From: a virus
Lineage: Duplodnaviria; Heunggongvirae; Uroviricota; Caudoviricetes
IMG/VR virus record: IMGVR_UViG_2563366877_000003
Coordinates: 1-41,474 of that record
Direction: 5' to 3' (one strand)
DNA: 41,474 bases
Each line of letters begins with the position of its first letter. Position 1 is the first letter of the stretch. This document shows positions 1 through 11,698 of this stretch, piece by piece. A program made the position numbers and the translations under genes. Below the pieces are notes generated by a model, which had not been told where the DNA came from, ran no database searches, and worked only from the letters and a program-made list of their open reading frames with translations.

Positions 1-1173
1 TCAGGCCTTATGGTGGAAATAATCACTCAGGCGAGAAAACATGCCGCCTTCCCCGACAGATTCCAGGGTAACCAGCGGCCAGTGCGCCACCTGTTTATCA
101 CGGTCGTAAAGTTCAATTTCCCCTACCCGCTGATAGGCGCTAATTGGCGCGGTGAGTTCTTTACCATCAAGGGTATATTTGGCTTTGATATGTGGAATTT
201 CGGCTTTCGGTAGCACCATCCAGAACTCTTGTTCCGTTCCCAGGTCGATATTTTCTTTATCGCCATACCAGATGCGTTCCGTTCCGACCTTTTTCCCACG
301 GTGCAAAATTTGCACCGTAGTAAAGTTTTGTTGCCCCCAACGCAGTAATTTTCTTGCCTCTTCCTCACGACCTTTTGCACTGTCAGCCCCCATTACCACT
401 GCAATGAGACGACGCTGCCCATCTACAGCCGAAGCAATGAGATTAAACCCGGCACCAGAAGTATGACCCGTTTTCAGGCCGTCAACATTCATGGTTTTAT
501 CCCACAACAACCCGTTACGGTTTTGCTGGGTGATACCGTTCCAGGTGAGACTTTTCTCACTGTACATATGATAAAACTCGGGCTCGCCGTGGATGATAGC
601 GCGAGAAAGCACAGCTAAATCATAAGCCGAGCTATGCTGGCCAGGTGCATCCAGACCATGCACTGTTTCAAAATGCGTATCCTTGAGATGCAACTTCTCG
701 GCATAGTTGTTCATCATTTCAACAAACTGCCGTTGCCCACCGGCAATATAGTCAGCCAGTGCAACACAAGCGTCATTTCCGGAATCAACAATTAAACCAC
801 GGCTTAAATCACGTACCGATACGCGATCGCCCTCTTTCAAAAACATCAGTGAAGAACCGACAAACACCGGATTATCTTTCGCCCACGCATCGCGCCCCAC
901 GGTGACAATATCGTCTGGCGTAATGCGATGACTATCGATAGCGCGATCCACGACATAACCCGTCATCAGCTTTGTCAGGCTGGCGGGATTGCGCTGTTGA
1001 TGCTCATTACCCGCGGTGAGGATCTGTCCGGTGGTGTAATCCATCAGTACCCAGGACCCGGCATGAATCTCTGGAGGCTGAGGTGAAAAATGAATGTTTT
1101 CCGCCGCAAAACCAGACGATAAGTTAAAAACGAACAAAGAAGCAGCAATAATAAGACGGCGTTTCAACAGCAA
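1..1173 (-). CDS. dacD: D-alanyl-D-alanine carboxypeptidase, penicillin-binding protein 6b
   Basis: Full 390-aa ORF with signal-peptide-like N-terminus and the low-MW PBP motifs SxxK (SLTK), SxN (SGND) and KTG (KTGHT). Sequence recalled as E. coli DacD. Confidence 0.9.
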   Translation of the reverse strand: MLLKRRLIIAASLFVFNLSSGFAAENIHFSPQPPEIHAGSWVLMDYTTGQILTAGNEHQQRNPASLTKLMTGYVVDRAIDSHRITPDDIVTVGRDAWAKDNPVFVGSSLMFLKEGDRVSVRDLSRGLIVDSGNDACVALADYIAGGQRQFVEMMNNYAEKLHLKDTHFETVHGLDAPGQHSSAYDLAVLSRAIIHGEPEFYHMYSEKSLTWNGITQQNRNGLLWDKTMNVDGLKTGHTSGAGFNLIASAVDGQRRLIAVVMGADSAKGREEEARKLLRWGQQNFTTVQILHRGKKVGTERIWYGDKENIDLGTEQEFWMVLPKAEIPHIKAKYTLDGKELTAPISAYQRVGEIELYDRDKQVAHWPLVTLESVGEGGMFSRLSDYFHHKA

Positions 1174-1962
1174 ACCCTCAGGAGTTTCAAATAGCTGTTC
1201 TTTTTACGGAAATACTTATGAACTGGCTGGAATAAAGTGCAAGAAAATGTGACTACCCTCTCATTTTTATCTGACATGATCTGTTGCCACTCGCTGTCAA
1301 ATTGTCGCGCTAAAGCTGATTAGCACGGTGATATTTGATACTCTGGCAGACAGCAGAAATAACGGATTTAACCTAATGATGAATGACGGTAAGCAACAAT
1401 CTACCTTTTTGTTTCACGATTACGCGCAACACCCCTGAGAACCGCCATGAACAAGGGTTTCATGATTTGTAATTTTAGTTTGGTACGCAATTTGGTACAC
1501 AACACAATTTTCACTTCATCGGGTAGTCATCAAACTCACCATAACGAGCATCGTTGATGATGTATGTGATCACCACAAATATCACATCTGGACTAGTTCC
1601 GTCTTCATGCGCAGGTATCTGTTCACGCCTCCCTTTCTGCAAATCCTAAAGATGAGATTTTGGGGTTTTGGGATATCTTTTAATCCTCAGTTCTCTATCC
1701 ATTCTACAAAGCAGTAATGAACCATCACCGTGTGATAGTGAGGCATCCGCTACGTTAAGCGCAGAGAAATGATGCAGTGGTGGGCGGATTGGCTTGATGA
1801 AAAGGTGGAGGGATCCACCTTAACTATCGAATGACACAAAGACTTGCAAACCAGTGCAAAGCTTTGTTTGTCTCAGTTTTGTCTCAGCAATTACAGCAAG
1901 TATCGATCGATTGAGACTTGGATGATAGACTTCATGCCTTTGATTATTAGCTGATAGAAGAA

Positions 1963-2325
1963 ATGTTAAAGCTATTTGCAAAGTACACCTCTATTGGTGT
2001 GCTGAACACACTTATACACTGGGTGGTTTTTGGTGTATGTATCTATGCCGCGCATACCAATCAGGCTCTGGCAAATTTCGCAGGTTTCGTTGTGGCTGTG
2101 AGTTTTAGCTTCTTCGCGAATGCAAAATTCACATTCAAGGCATCGACTACAACGATGCGTTACTTGTTATACGTGGGATTCATGGGAACATTGAGTGTTG
2201 TCGTCGGGTGGGCTGCTGATAGATGCGCACTTCCCCCGATGGTCACCCTTATCACTTTCTCCGCCATCAGCCTGGTGTGCGGTTTCGTCTATTCAAAGTT
2301 CATTGTCTTTAGGGATGCGAAATGA
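1963..2325 (+). CDS. gtrA: GtrA, bactoprenol-linked glucose translocase (flippase)
   Basis: 120-aa hydrophobic four-helix protein directly upstream of and overlapping gtrB; typical serotype-conversion operon order. Confidence 0.85.
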   Translation: MLKLFAKYTSIGVLNTLIHWVVFGVCIYAAHTNQALANFAGFVVAVSFSFFANAKFTFKASTTTMRYLLYVGFMGTLSVVVGWAADRCALPPMVTLITFSAISLVCGFVYSKFIVFRDAK

Positions 2326-3254
2326 AGATATCTCTTGTCGTTCCTGTCTTCAATGAAGAGGAAGCGATACCAATTTTTTATAAAACGGTACGTGAATTCG
2401 AAGAGTTGAAGTCATATGAAGTGGAAATTGTTTTCATAAATGACGGAAGCAAAGACGCTACGGAGTCAATCATTAACGCTCTGGCTGTTTCTGATCCGCT
2501 AGTTGTTCCGCTGTCATTTACACGCAACTTTGGTAAAGAACCAGCATTATTTGCAGGGTTAGACCATGCAAACGGGGATGCGATAATCCCAATTGATGTT
2601 GACCTGCAAGACCCGATTGAGGTTATTCCTCATCTTATTGAAAAGTGGAAGGCAGGTGCTGATATGGTACTGGCTAAGCGCTATGACCGTTCTACAGATG
2701 GAAGACTGAAGCGCAAGACTGCAGAATGGTTCTATAAGCTCCACAATAAAATAAGCAACCCAAAGATTGAAGAGAATGTTGGTGATTTCCGGTTAATGAG
2801 CCGTGAGGTTGTCGAAAATATCAAGCTTATGCCAGAGCGCAACCTTTTTATGAAAGGGGTACTGAGTTGGGTAGGAGGCTCGACAGACATCGTCGAATAT
2901 TCCCGCGCAGAACGTGTTGCTGGTAATTCAAAATTCAATGGATGGAAATTGTGGAATCTTGCGCTCGAAGGGATTACAAGCTTCTCAACATTTCCCCTGC
3001 GCATATGGACTTATATCGGGTTAGTGGTAGCTGGCCTAGCATTTCTGTATGGCGCATGGATGATATTTGACACTCTCGCATTTGGAAATGCTGTACGAGG
3101 ATACCCTTCACTGCTGGTGTCCATTCTGTTTCTTGGAGGGATCCAACTAATCGGCATCGGTGTACTTGGAGAGTACATCGGGAGGATTTACATAGAAACC
3201 AAGGCAAGACCTAAATACATCTTAAAGGAGAAAATAAATGACAAGAAGATTTAA
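2322..3254 (+). CDS. gtrB: GtrB, bactoprenol glucosyltransferase (GT2 family)
   Basis: 310 aa, GT2-like N-terminal domain plus two C-terminal TM helices; start overlaps gtrA stop. Confidence 0.9.
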   Translation: MKISLVVPVFNEEEAIPIFYKTVREFEELKSYEVEIVFINDGSKDATESIINALAVSDPLVVPLSFTRNFGKEPALFAGLDHANGDAIIPIDVDLQDPIEVIPHLIEKWKAGADMVLAKRYDRSTDGRLKRKTAEWFYKLHNKISNPKIEENVGDFRLMSREVVENIKLMPERNLFMKGVLSWVGGSTDIVEYSRAERVAGNSKFNGWKLWNLALEGITSFSTFPLRIWTYIGLVVAGLAFLYGAWMIFDTLAFGNAVRGYPSLLVSILFLGGIQLIGIGVLGEYIGRIYIETKARPKYILKEKINDKKI

Positions 3255-5028
3255 ATTACTACTTTTTATCTCGTTTATTATTCTAGTGGCTATGAATTGC
3301 TACATTGGATATGGTTACACCCCGAGTTCTGATCAGGCTTCTGGTGTAATCATTTCACACGACATAGCAAATGGAAACATTCTACTTTCAGGATGGTTTC
3401 TTTCAACCGTAACTTTCTATTTTACAGACCTTATTTGGTATGCATTGCTGGATATAATAGGTATCAGTAATAAAGTTCAATCATATTTAGTTCCGTCAAT
3501 CCTTATTTCTGCTCTGACAATATGCTGCATAATACTTTCATATCACAAAAAGAAGTTGCCATGGGCAATATTCTTCTCATTTGGAATTCTAGGAGCTTAT
3601 TCATCAAATATATTTAACCTTGCCGTATCACATATTGGGGCTTATTTATATACAGCAATTATTTATATTATAATAGAAAGAACAACTGTATACAAAGCTA
3701 ACATACATCATTATCTCATTGTTTTTCTCTTAAGCCTAGCCATATTTTTTAGCGACGACATAAGCAAATACGCATTTTTGATACCTTTAATTTCATCATT
3801 GGCAATTGAATTATTTTACAAACGAAATAAAGTTCACCTGCACTATGCGGCATCTATATTTCTTGCCTTTATTTTATCGAAAACACTCTTATACTACGTG
3901 CAAGAAATTGGCGGATTTCAATTGCCAGGAATAGGTTATCCTAAGTTTGCCACACAAGAAGAATTTATTAATAACTTATATTTCTTATGTGTTGGTTTAT
4001 TACGTCTTTTCGAAGCATATTTTTTTGGAATGGATATTGGGCTACAGTCTTTTTCATCAATAATTAGACTGTGCTTTCTATTGTTCTTTGTTTACATCAT
4101 TGCTTCTAATGCAAGAAAAATAACAAGATTCTCAACCATTGATAGAGCTTTGCTTCTTACGGCGATTATAATGCCGTGCGCATTCTTATTTAGTAATATT
4201 CCATCAGCGGTTGAATCAATAAGATATATTGCTCCATCTGTAATTTTCGGGGCTGTATTCATCTGTAGAAATGTAAATATAAGCCAAAAAACATCTTTAT
4301 TCCTGCTTTCCTTGTCTTTTGTTAGCGGTGCCATAATTTATGGTAACGCCATTTCATTAGATAAAAAAAACCATGAAATTAATGATATTTCAAAATATAT
4401 AAAGGAGCATAATCTTAAAGCAGGTTTTGCTTCATTCTGGTTTGCGTCGTCAGTTTCATTAAATAGTGGTTCAGAGATATCGCCAGTAGTATTTAATAGC
4501 CATGAAGGAAGTGTAAAACCATTTTTATGGTTAGCTAAAATAAATAATTATGAGCAAAACAATTCATTTATTATAGCTGATAGTAAAGAAGACATGGACG
4601 CTGCAATAATGCAATATGGAAGACCTGATGTAATTGATAAAGTCATGTCAAAGTTTATCTTAGTATGGAATGACGGGATAAATATACCATTTACCGGTTT
4701 TCACACGTTAACCAATTCAAAATACTTTGGTTCTCTAGGTTATAGTGATGAATTTCAAGTATGCAAAAAAGACGGTGCTACATTCTTGGTAACAGGACCA
4801 TACAAACCTCTCAAGAAAGGTATGTATAAAATGCATATTGAAAAAAGTGGTAGAGGTGATGTATTAGGTGATATTGTAGCGTTTGGTGGTAAAAAATTAA
4901 TTGCTAAAATCAATAATGTAGTTGACATGGATTTCTACATTGATAAAACCTATCCTGATGTCGAGGTGAGAATATATAACTCAGACACAAGTTCATGTAT
5001 TAGCTCAATTTCAATAGAGATGAAATAA
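3238..5028 (+). CDS. GtrC-type serotype-specific O-antigen glucosyltransferase, polytopic membrane protein
   Basis: 596-aa ORF overlapping gtrB end, many hydrophobic segments, strongly AT-rich compared with flanks; third position of a gtr operon. Confidence 0.6.
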   Translation: MTRRFKLLLFISFIILVAMNCYIGYGYTPSSDQASGVIISHDIANGNILLSGWFLSTVTFYFTDLIWYALLDIIGISNKVQSYLVPSILISALTICCIILSYHKKKLPWAIFFSFGILGAYSSNIFNLAVSHIGAYLYTAIIYIIIERTTVYKANIHHYLIVFLLSLAIFFSDDISKYAFLIPLISSLAIELFYKRNKVHLHYAASIFLAFILSKTLLYYVQEIGGFQLPGIGYPKFATQEEFINNLYFLCVGLLRLFEAYFFGMDIGLQSFSSIIRLCFLLFFVYIIASNARKITRFSTIDRALLLTAIIMPCAFLFSNIPSAVESIRYIAPSVIFGAVFICRNVNISQKTSLFLLSLSFVSGAIIYGNAISLDKKNHEINDISKYIKEHNLKAGFASFWFASSVSLNSGSEISPVVFNSHEGSVKPFLWLAKINNYEQNNSFIIADSKEDMDAAIMQYGRPDVIDKVMSKFILVWNDGINIPFTGFHTLTNSKYFGSLGYSDEFQVCKKDGATFLVTGPYKPLKKGMYKMHIEKSGRGDVLGDIVAFGGKKLIAKINNVVDMDFYIDKTYPDVEVRIYNSDTSSCISSISIEMK

Positions 5029-5037
5029 TTATATTTA

Positions 5038-5067
5038 CTGGCAGCAGCATGCTGCCAGTTCTTTATC
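5038..5067. terminator. Hairpin terminator between convergent gtr operon and tailspike gene
   Basis: Perfect 8-bp stem ctggcagc/gctgccag with 5-nt loop, followed by T-rich run on the plus strand and A/T-rich on the other. Confidence 0.5.
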
Positions 5068-5170
5068 AAAAGACTGTAACTGTTATTTAGTCAATAAAGC
5101 TTCATTTAAAACTTGATTGAACATATAAATCATGAAATCACATAAATCTATATACAGCATCCAAGTGTGA

Positions 5171-6961
5171 TCAGTTATCATTAAGGCCTACATTTGCCAT
5201 GGCTGTATAAACTGTCCTTCCAGACCCTGTCTGCCCTACCACTCCGGGTACACCTACGAAAGTGTTGCCAGTTATTACCCATGCAAGGTTATCGTTGGTG
5301 TTAAAGTTTATCCCTCCAGTGCATGTATTCCATCCGCCAGTGACTTTCTGGTTACCGAAGAAATTACCATTCACAGTAACATTACGACAATATTCTGCTT
5401 TTATTGCATAACCGTTGCAACTACTGAATTGGTTATTACCCATTAATAGATTCTGCACGTCATAGAGGTACATGCATTCCTGACCGGCGAAATGGATAAC
5501 ATTGGCGTTAAAGCTAAGTCCCAAAACCTCTGTTGCACGTATTGCTGGAGTCCCTGACACTCTGCCTCCAGAAAACAGGCTGTTTGTGATAGTTCCTACC
5601 GCCACTCTGTTAAGGTCCAAGCAATAACCGTCAATATTGTCAATTACGCTATTAGTTATAAATACCGGTAATCCCCGAGAATCCGCCCCTGAATCTAAAG
5701 GTCGGTGTGTCGTTGACTTTATGCCGTAAGGTCCGTAAAACATCGAAGTGCCTACTAGTCTCAAATCGGCAACATCAGTTATATCTATAGGGGATCTGAC
5801 CATATAGCAGTCGATAAATGCTGGACCCTCGTTAATAGGAAATGCTGGTGATACACTGGCCTCGTTAATTGTGGTCATACTGTCGATTAATACGCAGCCA
5901 TTCCAAGTAACCCAGTGTAAATCTGATGCGTAAATCGGTGCCTTGTAAAAACCGCACTTATCAAATTTAAATAGACTCGCATGTTGCAGTGATATAGCCG
6001 CATTGCTGGGGGTAGAGCTGGAGTCATTACTAAAATGAATGCGCTCGAACACTGTATTTTCAGCCCAAGAAGATGCACTCCCGGTGTTGGCGAAGAACAC
6101 CGTGGCGTCCGCATTTATATTTTTGTTTCGCCAGAATGTTTTAGCGCCACCGCTGCCGATGAAATGCATAGACGGCTTGATGACGCATGGAGGTGTAAAG
6201 TAGTAGCTTCCGTACTGAAACTCTATCGATCGACCTTCATATAACTGTGCGTTAGCCAGGATAGGAGAATGATCTAAACTCTGATCTTCAGATTTGCCAC
6301 CGAACCATTCAATTATAACATGACTACCTGCGCCACTTCGTACCCAATATACAGATGGGGAAGCAGACGAAATAAATACTCCATCATCATCTGTGTAATT
6401 CCCTGATACAGCTACGAAAACACCACCACCTAACAAACCACGTCCTGTGGTGTGCTCCTTCACCATGGCCTTATCACCTACAGATGGTGCTACATCCCGT
6501 AAATTTGATATTTCGGCATATTCACCTATGAGATTCAGCCCATCTTCACTACCCAGGTTATCATAACTAACGGCACCATTAACTAAGTTTACGCCGCCCT
6601 GTGAAGACAAATCCTGTCGTAACTGATCAGGGTCATACTTCAGCACATTAGGAAAATAGAACTGCTGCGCACCGTACGTATCATAAACAGCCATCGAATG
6701 ACCTTGCACAGTTACGAACTTGGCAATCTGTCCGTTATATACAGGGTAACCAGCAGAGTTAATAATGATTGGTTGCGAAACAGGAATGTGAGAGCCGTCT
6801 TCGTTCTCTACATAAACCTGAATCTGGTTTTCAGGATTTACAGGGTCAGTGTCAATTTTACCGATATAAATCTTTCCATTAGCTACGGCTTTAAAAGAAC
6901 GAGCCATAGTGAAGAGTTGCGAAGGCATGCTGACCACAACATTTGCGGTGATATCTGACAT
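5171..6961 (-). CDS. Tailspike protein, P22 gp9-type N-terminal head-binding domain with divergent receptor-binding domain
   Basis: N-terminus [10 protein letters not shown]...[12 protein letters not shown]...DTDPVNP...VTVQGHSMA...NVLKYDPDQ matches P22 tailspike head-binding domain; remainder differs. Start set at internal ATG 6961 rather than the ORF-track start 7009. Confidence 0.85.
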   Translation of the reverse strand: MSDITANVVVSMPSQLFTMARSFKAVANGKIYIGKIDTDPVNPENQIQVYVENEDGSHIPVSQPIIINSAGYPVYNGQIAKFVTVQGHSMAVYDTYGAQQFYFPNVLKYDPDQLRQDLSSQGGVNLVNGAVSYDNLGSEDGLNLIGEYAEISNLRDVAPSVGDKAMVKEHTTGRGLLGGGVFVAVSGNYTDDDGVFISSASPSVYWVRSGAGSHVIIEWFGGKSEDQSLDHSPILANAQLYEGRSIEFQYGSYYFTPPCVIKPSMHFIGSGGAKTFWRNKNINADATVFFANTGSASSWAENTVFERIHFSNDSSSTPSNAAISLQHASLFKFDKCGFYKAPIYASDLHWVTWNGCVLIDSMTTINEASVSPAFPINEGPAFIDCYMVRSPIDITDVADLRLVGTSMFYGPYGIKSTTHRPLDSGADSRGLPVFITNSVIDNIDGYCLDLNRVAVGTITNSLFSGGRVSGTPAIRATEVLGLSFNANVIHFAGQECMYLYDVQNLLMGNNQFSSCNGYAIKAEYCRNVTVNGNFFGNQKVTGGWNTCTGGINFNTNDNLAWVITGNTFVGVPGVVGQTGSGRTVYTAMANVGLNDN

Positions 6962-7082
6962 TTCATTGCTCCAGACGAATGATATGATGCAACCATGATG
7001 TGATTGCATACCGAAATGGTACTATTGAGTATTTATCCAGTAGGTTACGATGCCATTCCACCCAACTGGTGAGGCATCAAGG

Positions 7083-7343
7083 ATGTACAGCAAATACGAC
7101 GAGGCGCAGTTTCACTTGAGACTTCCGCATGAACTCCACGCGAAAATTAAGCAGCGTGCGAAGATGAATAACAGGTCGCTGAACTCAGAGATAATTGCAG
7201 CGATTGAGGAATCATTGGATAAACAAAGCTCTGCATCAGTTTACATTGACGATGCAGAGCGTATGGCAGAACAACAATCTGATATGGTTAAGAAAATTGT
7301 CTTTGATACGCTCAAGAAGCTATATAAAAAAGACAGCAGATAA
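7083..7343 (+). CDS. mnt: Mnt-like ribbon-helix-helix repressor
   Basis: C-terminal half (RSLNSEI...DAERMAEQQSDMVKKIVFDTLKKLYKK) matches P22 Mnt; start set at internal ATG 7083 with AAGG upstream. Confidence 0.7.
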   Translation: MYSKYDEAQFHLRLPHELHAKIKQRAKMNNRSLNSEIIAAIEESLDKQSSASVYIDDAERMAEQQSDMVKKIVFDTLKKLYKKDSR

Positions 7344-7432
7344 CCATCCGTTACGGAGGATTTATGCACAGAGATATGCTGAATATTGCGTTCTACATAT
7401 TTGGTTTTTGCACGTTCCTGGTGTTTGCAAAG

Positions 7433-9430
7433 CTATTCTGACAACGCATCAGACTTAGCCCCCTGCGTCAGGGCGTTAATTGCCTTTTTTGCCTGCTGCA
7501 AGGCTTTCTCAAACGCTGTTGATCCGCGTTGGGTGTTTGCCATTCGGAGCATTGCATTTCTGAATGGCTCGCTCTCATAGGCGCGAGTAAGAAGTCCGTA
7601 GCTTACCGCTGCGCCAGTTGTCGCCGGGTTCATTGCCGTCCCATACCCGATAATGAACGGGATAGTTTGCTGCCCTGTAGGTGTTGTTACTGCCGCTTTT
7701 GCAGCCTGCTGCGTGGATTGCAGGTAGTTTTTTAATCCTTTCAGGTAAGCAGCGTCCTGCCCCTTAAATGTGATGCCAGTCTGGTTTTGCAGGATGTTAA
7801 GCTGCCGAAGGAACTGGTCAGGGGATCCGCCAGATTTCTCCATCGCCTTTCCAATGATGCCATTGCGCATTTGCGCCCTGCCAACACGACCAACTGAGTT
7901 ATACAGCGTCTTAATTTCAGATTTGTTCTTGCTGAATAGCATGTTGTTGACAACTTCCGGCGTCAGGTCGCCTTTCATGAGAACATTCTTCAGCCTGGTA
8001 TTCTTTAGTTTCGCCGCTTCGTCAGCGTAGACGGCATTGGCCTGCTGATATTTACGGAGAGTATCATTGCCAAGATTCTGACCAATGGCACCATTTATAT
8101 CGTCGGTCATCGCCTTGTAAACGCGCTGTATGGCGGCATCAGAACGGTTTGGTAACACTGGTCGCTCACCCTTCACGTCCATTCTGAACTGGCTGCGCAG
8201 ATCGCTTAATTGCTTCAAATCCAGATTTACCGGGCCATCAGGACCAGCATTGCGAACAAGCTCATCACGATATGACTGAAGTTTTGAAATCGTCTCGTTA
8301 TCAGCAACCTTACCAAGCTTCTGCAGGTTAGATATCTCAGTATCAATCTGCTGAATTGCGCGTGCAGGCTGAATGTTTACTCCTGCCATAGCATTCTGAA
8401 CCTGCTCCAGTCGATTACCGGCGGCACGACGAATTCCTGATGTTTTCGCTTTGAGGCTGTCAATAACAACCGCTGGATCATACTCACCGAATTTATCGGC
8501 AAATCTCTGCACCAACTGGCTTCTCGCTTCCTGTTGCGTTGCTCTCATTCCGCTTGTGCCAGCCAGAGGGATATTTTCCGCTGTCGTCTGCGCCATTTTC
8601 CCGACGCGGGAAGTCGGTTGTAACAGGTCTGTGGTGTGCAGAGGCACGCCTTCACGCTCTGCAAACCTGATAGCCTGTTGCGCTTCGGGTGCGATAGCAC
8701 CACGAACGCCACGATAAGCAGCACCTAATCCACGTCCGGCAGCGTTAATAGCACCGCCAGTAAGTACACCAACGCCTAAATCGGTGGCGAGTGCTTCCGC
8801 ATCATCTTTCGCACTATTTGCAGCAAGTGACCCGACTGCGTTTTCAGCGAGAAGGCGAGTTGCACCCTGAGCGATTCTACCAGCGAGTGTTGGTGCCTGT
8901 GTTGCCGCTCTCTCAATGCCAGCAGGAGTGAGGTAAGGCAATGCCTCAGCAAATACCCTGCCCTCTGTAGTTTGTGGAGTCAGCGCGCCTTGCTGAAGGC
9001 CAAAGTCCCGCTCTAATCCCTGCGTTGTTACTCGTGGCGCTGGTTGATATGTCCCATCGCCAATGCCGAGTTTACCGCCAGCCCAAGCCGCCGCGCTTGT
9101 TACAGCATCGGCAACTGATGCAGGTATGTTTGCCACGTTCACGCCAGCCTGCACCAGTCCGCGACCAGTCTCTTTTACTGCTTCACCAAGATCAGACATA
9201 AATCCGCTTTGCTGTGGTTGTTGCTGTGCTACTGGTTGCTGTGTCTCCACTGGCTGCACAGATGGCAATGGATAGGCTGCATAGAAAGCTTGCTTAGCCT
9301 GCTCTGCATTTTCTCCGGCTTGCGGGGCCACGACTTCATTGAAGTATTGCTCCTGAGCCTGCGCTTTTTGTTCTGGTGCTAACGCCTGATACTGTGGAGA
9401 GGCGATAACATCTTTCCATGCTTTAGCCAT
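7433..9430 (-). CDS. Ejection (injection) protein, P22 gp16-like
   Basis: 665 aa, last gene of the 7-20-16 ejection-protein order downstream of gp20. Confidence 0.75.
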   Translation of the reverse strand: MAKAWKDVIASPQYQALAPEQKAQAQEQYFNEVVAPQAGENAEQAKQAFYAAYPLPSVQPVETQQPVAQQQPQQSGFMSDLGEAVKETGRGLVQAGVNVANIPASVADAVTSAAAWAGGKLGIGDGTYQPAPRVTTQGLERDFGLQQGALTPQTTEGRVFAEALPYLTPAGIERAATQAPTLAGRIAQGATRLLAENAVGSLAANSAKDDAEALATDLGVGVLTGGAINAAGRGLGAAYRGVRGAIAPEAQQAIRFAEREGVPLHTTDLLQPTSRVGKMAQTTAENIPLAGTSGMRATQQEARSQLVQRFADKFGEYDPAVVIDSLKAKTSGIRRAAGNRLEQVQNAMAGVNIQPARAIQQIDTEISNLQKLGKVADNETISKLQSYRDELVRNAGPDGPVNLDLKQLSDLRSQFRMDVKGERPVLPNRSDAAIQRVYKAMTDDINGAIGQNLGNDTLRKYQQANAVYADEAAKLKNTRLKNVLMKGDLTPEVVNNMLFSKNKSEIKTLYNSVGRVGRAQMRNGIIGKAMEKSGGSPDQFLRQLNILQNQTGITFKGQDAAYLKGLKNYLQSTQQAAKAAVTTPTGQQTIPFIIGYGTAMNPATTGAAVSYGLLTRAYESEPFRNAMLRMANTQRGSTAFEKALQQAKKAINALTQGAKSDALSE

Positions 9431-10818
9431 TAATCACCCCATAGTGAAGAAAAGTTACTGCTGGCTGCTGGCTGTGATACCTGTGCAGGTTGAGATTGCT
9501 GCCGCTGAGATTTACCAACATTAACGTTATATTGTTGGTTGTAATTGTTGGTGTATTCCTGAATCTCACGAATCGACTGCTGCATAGCCTCCGGGCTTGA
9601 ATAGTCAACCTGCGGCATCCCCTGAAAATACATCTTCGCTTCTGCAACGGTGTTAATACCACTGGCACCCATGTCCCTTGCTGCCGCCACACCCTGATTC
9701 TGCATTCTGCCCTGAATACGTTGTGCTGAGTTATATAACTGGCGCTGCTCTTTTCCTGTTAATCGGCTGCGAACATCAGCACCAATTGCTGGATTACCCG
9801 CACCGCCTGTCATTCCTGTCATGAAATCGAGAGCAGAAGCGTCTGCATTTGCGATCGCGTCGATATCCTTCTTCATGGCATAGTTTTGTGCTGATGCAGA
9901 CGATGTTGCAGGCGCTGCGATTGAACTGGCAGGAACGCGAACCATATTCCCCTCGTTGTCGATGCCTTCGTAGAACGCATTAGCCCCAGCGCCGTGAAGC
10001 TTCCCGCCTACCGTTACAGTTCTGCCATCTGATAACTGAACTGTACGCTCATCATTCCCAGCGGTTCCTCTTGTTGACGCTCGCTGCATTGCCAAATCCT
10101 GCCCGCGTCGCGCAGTAGAAGCAGATAAGTCCTGCCCGCGCATCGTGATGTTCTGGCCTCGTGCTGTTAGCGCCTCGCCAGCCTGATTGCTGCGGATTGT
10201 CTCTGCAAGTTTTCCGCGATCAATCTCACGACCAGCCATCTTGTCCTGAACATTGAAGTAATCAATCGGACCAAGAGCAGCCATTCCAAGGTGATCAACA
10301 AACTCACCAAATCCTGAAGGGTTCTGCTGATACATCTGAGCAACGTTATTAGGGTCAACACCGACGCGAGTCAGTTCCTTGGCGTTGTTTTGCAGCCATG
10401 ATTGCATTGCTTCTGGAGACGATGACGCAAGGCGTGCGCCAGCCGCTAAGGTGCCGATAGAATTACGCTGATCTTCATCAATGAATCCCATGCCTTTACG
10501 AACGGATTCAATCTGGTCTGGATATTGAATAGCCAACTGACGCAAAGCTCCGCGATCACCAGACGCATAAGCATTAGCGTACGCCTGCTGAAATTCTTTC
10601 TGCCGCTGAGCCTGCTTTTTCTGCTGAAACACCCCTGCAATACCTGAAAGACCTTGCAAAGCAGTCAGCCCAACATTGTTAGCGCCTGAACGCTCAATAT
10701 CATTGTTCTGCCTGATAAGCTGAAGCGTATTGCCGATGTCATTTACGCTCGGAGCGTTTGAGTTGACGCCGCCGATACCAGCTAACAATCCGCCATTTGA
10801 TCCTTGCCAAGTAGCCAT
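9430..10818 (-). CDS. Ejection protein, P22 gp20-like
   Basis: 462 aa, N-terminus [17 protein letters not shown], between gp7 and gp16 homologs. Confidence 0.8.
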   Translation of the reverse strand: MATWQGSNGGLLAGIGGVNSNAPSVNDIGNTLQLIRQNNDIERSGANNVGLTALQGLSGIAGVFQQKKQAQRQKEFQQAYANAYASGDRGALRQLAIQYPDQIESVRKGMGFIDEDQRNSIGTLAAGARLASSSPEAMQSWLQNNAKELTRVGVDPNNVAQMYQQNPSGFGEFVDHLGMAALGPIDYFNVQDKMAGREIDRGKLAETIRSNQAGEALTARGQNITMRGQDLSASTARRGQDLAMQRASTRGTAGNDERTVQLSDGRTVTVGGKLHGAGANAFYEGIDNEGNMVRVPASSIAAPATSSASAQNYAMKKDIDAIANADASALDFMTGMTGGAGNPAIGADVRSRLTGKEQRQLYNSAQRIQGRMQNQGVAAARDMGASGINTVAEAKMYFQGMPQVDYSSPEAMQQSIREIQEYTNNYNQQYNVNVGKSQRQQSQPAQVSQPAASSNFSSLWGD

Positions 10819-10827
10819 GATTACCCC

Positions 10828-11520
10828 TTAAAACAACGAGCCAAGCAATCCGATACCAGCACCAATGCCAGCGCCCCAAGGTGTTGATGTTCCCAAAAGG
10901 CTGGCAAGACCTGCACCGGCAATCGCACCAGACGTTCCGCCACTAATTGCTGTCTGAAGACTTGATGGTTTGTTGGCATTAGCAGCGGCAAGAGCTGCAC
11001 TTTGCTGTGCAATGCTGCTCATGTTGTTGGCGTATGTCTGCCCAGCATTTGCCTGACCTTGCAGCGCACCAAGCCCAACGTTTGCCAGATTGTTGTAATT
11101 GCTCATCTGGTTTGATAACCACGACTGACCGAGAGTCGGAGCAATCGTAGCCAGTTGATTGCTTGTGGCTGTCGAACCAAGTCCGCCAGTCGCCTCCGCA
11201 GTAGCAAGACTCTGGTAACGAGCCTGACCTGCAAGGTCTTTATACTGCTGAGAGTTGTAATACTGATTAAGTGCCTGCCCCTGACCTTCTAAACTGGAAA
11301 GGTTCTGAAGCTGGTTAACATACTGCTCCGCAAGAGGCGTGAACGGAGCAAGGTTTTTCATGATCGTCTGCCACTGCTGATTTTGCAGGTCTGCGGCATA
11401 CTTCTGAGCTTCTGCTGCATACTTTGCGCTTTTATCAGAGCTGCCACCTTTCCCGCCTTTTTCAGGGCAATAAGGTTCCTCGCCACGCAGTTTTCTGCCT
11501 AGCTTAAATGCATATAACAT
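10828..11520 (-). CDS. Ejection protein, P22 gp7-like
   Basis: 230 aa, MLYAF.LGRKLRGEEPY...GIGAGIGLLGSLF matches recalled P22 gp7. Confidence 0.8.
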   Translation of the reverse strand: MLYAFKLGRKLRGEEPYCPEKGGKGGSSDKSAKYAAEAQKYAADLQNQQWQTIMKNLAPFTPLAEQYVNQLQNLSSLEGQGQALNQYYNSQQYKDLAGQARYQSLATAEATGGLGSTATSNQLATIAPTLGQSWLSNQMSNYNNLANVGLGALQGQANAGQTYANNMSSIAQQSAALAAANANKPSSLQTAISGGTSGAIAGAGLASLLGTSTPWGAGIGAGIGLLGSLF

Positions 11521-11698
11521 GGCTATCTCCTGTGATTCAGGAAGTCGATTAGTTCTTCGCGTGTGGCGCTGTAAAACGTCACGTCATCCACGCCTTTGAA
11601 GTATTTCTTGATGGTTCCTACACGCTTAAGGCCAATCATTGCGCAGTACATCTGCCTGAACCGCCCCGGGTTTCCTGGAGAGTGTTTTATCTGTGAAC

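Noticed and set aside
1174-1962. A tRNA gene as the integration target between dacD and gtrA
   Set aside because: No cloverleaf-compatible sequence or T-loop motif was seen by eye; the attachment site is probably intergenic or within a neighbouring gene beyond the window. A tRNA-prediction run would settle this.
6962-7009. 5' extensions in the ORF track (tailspike from 7009, N from GTG at 35214, phosphatase from 27803, gp4 from 16133)
   Set aside because: Homolog N-termini and ribosome-binding-site positions support the internal start codons; the extensions read through upstream non-coding sequence or neighbouring genes.
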